64,000 nt of DNA from Hypanus sabinus (Eukaryota), in the NCBI RefSeq assembly GCF_030144855.1, contig NC_082728.1:33232001-33296000 (forward strand), in the 5' to 3' direction. A program made the translations under genes and the position numbers. The notes under the pieces were generated by a model. That model worked only from the letters and a program-made list of their open reading frames with translations. It did not search any database and was not told the origin of the DNA. Below, in pieces: positions 61,405-64,000 of the stretch (position 1 is the first letter of the stretch; each line of letters starts with the position of its first letter).

Positions 61405-62674
61405 CAAAGTACACTGCAGATGCTGTGGTCAAATCAAGACGTACAAAAAAGCTGGAGGAACTCAGCCGGTCGAGCAGCATCCGTTGAAAGAAGCAGTCAA
61501 CGTTTTGGGTCGAGACCCTTCGTCAGGAAGGAGGGGGCAGGAGCCCTATAAAGAAGGTGGGGGGAGGGAGGAAAACCAATCAGAGGAAAGATCAAGGGGT
61601 GGGGGAGGGGAAGCAGGGAGGGGATAGGCAGGAGAGGTGAAGAAGGAATCTAAGGGTAGTATGGGTAGTAGAAGAAGGCAGAGTCATGAGAGGTGATAGG
61701 CAGCTAGAAGAGAGACAGAGTGAAGGTGGGATGGGGGAAGGGAGAGGGAAAGAATTACCAGAAGTTGGAGAATTCGATGTTCATACCAAGGGGCTGGAGA
61801 CTACCCGAACGGTATATGAGATGTTGTTCCTCAAACTGAAGTTTAGCCTCATCATGGCAGTAGAGGAGGCCAGGTATGGACATATCCGAATGGGAATGTG
61901 AAGGAGAATTGAACTGAGTGGCAACCAGGATATCCTGTCAGTTGTGGCGGATGGAGCGTAGGTGCTCGACGAAGCAGTCCCCCAATCTGTGTCGGGTCTC
62001 GCCGATGTAGAGGAGGCCACACCGGGAGCACCGAATGCAATAGATTACTCCAACAGACTCACAAGTGAAGTGTTGCCTCCCCTTGAAGGACTGTTTGGGG
62101 CCCTGAATGGTGGTAAGAGATGAGGTGTAGGGACAGGTGTAGCACTTACGCTTGCAGAGATAAGTGCCAGGTGGGAGATCTGTGGGGAGGGATGTGTGGA
62201 CCAGGCAGTCGTGGAGGGAATGATCCCTGCAAAAAGCAGAGAAGGGTAGAGAGGGAAAGATGTCCTTAGTAGTGGGGTCCTGTTGAAGGTGGTGGAAGTT
62301 GCGGAGGATAATATGCTGGATCCGGAGGCTGGTGGGGTGATAGGTGAGGACAAGGGGGACGGTCCATGTTGTGGTGACAAGAGGATGGGGTGAGGGCCGA
62401 AGTGCGGGAAATGGAGGAGATGCGGGTGAGGGCATCATTGATGACGGCAGAAGGGAAACCACGATTCTTAAAGAAAGAGGACATTTGGGATGACCTGGAA
62501 CGGAAAGCCTCATCCTTGGAGCAGATGCGGTGGAGACAGAGGAACTGGGAATAGGGAATAGAGTTTTTGCATTTGCCAGGGTGGGAAGAGGTATAATCAA
62601 GGTAGTTATGGGAGTCAGTGTGTTTATAGAAGATGTCAGTGGACAGTCTAACTCCAGAAATGGAGACCGAAAGT
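61405..62674 (-). mobile_element. 5'-truncated Penelope-like element (RT C-terminus + GIY-YIG endonuclease + pLTR)
   Basis: STDIFYKHTDSHNYLDY; FTCESVGVIYCIRCSRCGLLYIGETRHRLGDCFVEHL; hammerhead-like motif at 61495-61526. Confidence 0.9.
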
Positions 62675-63300
62675 AATTGCACTTTAGTAAGTTCTCCAAT
62701 TATGTATGCATTCTTTACCTGGGTGAAATTAATGGTTTGACAAAGTCTAACATCATGCTTCTGTTGATTAAGATAGGTGCACAGTGTTGCCAGAAGCATG
62801 TCAGTAAGCTGCTCCTTCATTGCTAATTCTCTAGAAGTTTTTTGTTCACGAGATCCAACACATGCATCCAGATGAATAAAGCTTAACTTTCTATCTTCTT
62901 CAGTGCAAGTTACCAACTGCTATCTTGCTACCTATTATCTGCTCTTCTCTTCGGGCTGTGAAATCTCTCTTACCAGGCTGTGGGTGGCTGAGCTGGTGTT
63001 ATGTGCAATGATAGTGAACCCTCTGAATGAGTAAATGCTTCTGAGGAGACACCCTCCCTGATCCACATAAAGTCATAGGGATGAAAGCTACATGGGAGAT
63101 TACAGTAATGAATGAGAACCAACGATGTATGAATGTTAAAGTGCAGAGCTGGGCTGAGAAGTGGCAGATGGAGTTCAATCTGGAAAAGTGTGAAATGATT
63201 CACTTTGGAAGTCCAAACTTGAAGAGACTGTACAGGGCGAATGGTAGGACTCTTAGCAGTGTGGAGGACCAGCGGGATCTTAGGGTCTACGATCTATAGA

Positions 63301-64000
63301 TGTCAGGGTCCGGTCCTGTTCCGGAATCCGCGTTCCAGGTCTCGATCCGGTTCGAGGGCTCCGGACTCCGGGTCCTGCAGTTGTCCCTCCTGTCACCCAT
63401 GATCTAGTTAGGACCCTCCTGGCTCAAGGAGGCACACCTGTGACTCATTGAACTGCAGGTGTTTATAAGGGGCCTTGGGACTGGGACCAGGCGGGTGGTG
63501 GTTTTGTTCTGTTTCCTGTTTCTCCGCTGGCTCCCAACTCTTCTCTGCATTCTGCTATCCTGCCCGGGCTCAGATCTACTCCTCATCATGCTTCTCTGCC
63601 CCATACCAGTACTGCCAGGTTGGTCCTCTCCCCCACCTTTCTTCCCATGCGCTGGTCCCACTTCTCCGCTCGTTTGTTTCGTTCACGTGGTCGCACTGTC
63701 TGCTGGCCTTTCCCAATTTTCCTGCTATTATGGCTGTTGTGTTGGTCACCCTGGACCTATGCCCATTCCTACCCCTTGCCTCCATCGGGCAGATCCGGCC
63801 AACCTGCCGCTGCCCGGCGGTGGTACTGCCTGTTCCTACCCCTTGCCTCCGTCGGGCAGGCCTGGCCGTTCTTCCGCTGCCCGGTGGGGGTTCTGCCCCG
63901 TCCTCCTCTTCCGCCCGGACCCTGGGATTGTGCCCCGCCTAGGGGCCTGCGTCGTGCCCGGCCTCCGGTGTTTCCACCTGGAAGGCGGCCCTACCCGGGG
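63301..64000 (+). mobile_element. GC-rich LTR-like element starting TGTCA, inserted in a CR1 fragment; runs off the window end
   Basis: TGTCA start, TTTATAAG at about 63461, blocks homologous to 16538-17258, 67-bp tandem duplication 63768-63901. Confidence 0.65.

Noticed and set aside
63475-63942. 155-aa GC-rich ORF
   Set aside because: Stop-poor GC-rich LTR sequence with tandem repeats; no gag or other motif

Overview
This is vertebrate nuclear DNA, most likely from a cartilaginous fish (shark or ray). That assignment is an inference from the repeat landscape: CR1 LINEs with an esterase ORF1, Penelope-like elements, Rex1/Babar LINEs, and V-domain and CORE SINEs. Most of the window is decayed transposons. 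One host gene is well supported: a minus-strand B7-family Ig-superfamily gene with four symmetric phase-1 exons. These are leader (17963-18032), IgV (17549-17875), IgC (15560-15811) and stalk/TM (12729-12869). Its cytoplasmic exon(s) are unresolved. A CpG-rich candidate promoter with a perfect ISRE lies near 24.3 kb. Standout observations: (1) the B7 IgV domain lacks the canonical F-strand Cys and C-strand Trp, while the IgC carries four extra Cys; (2) a heavily deleted endogenous retrovirus relic at about 48.0-49.8 kb, with a tRNA-Pro PBS, two Gag zinc knuckles, an in-frame protease, and RNase H and integrase remnants; (3) minimal hammerhead-ribozyme motifs in Penelope-derived repeats, with the same catalytic G changed to A or T in all copies; (4) exon-like segments at 32.5-38.9 kb that may be a second, decayed receptor gene. 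No database search was possible, so family names come from motif recognition and TE boundaries are approximate unless stated otherwise.
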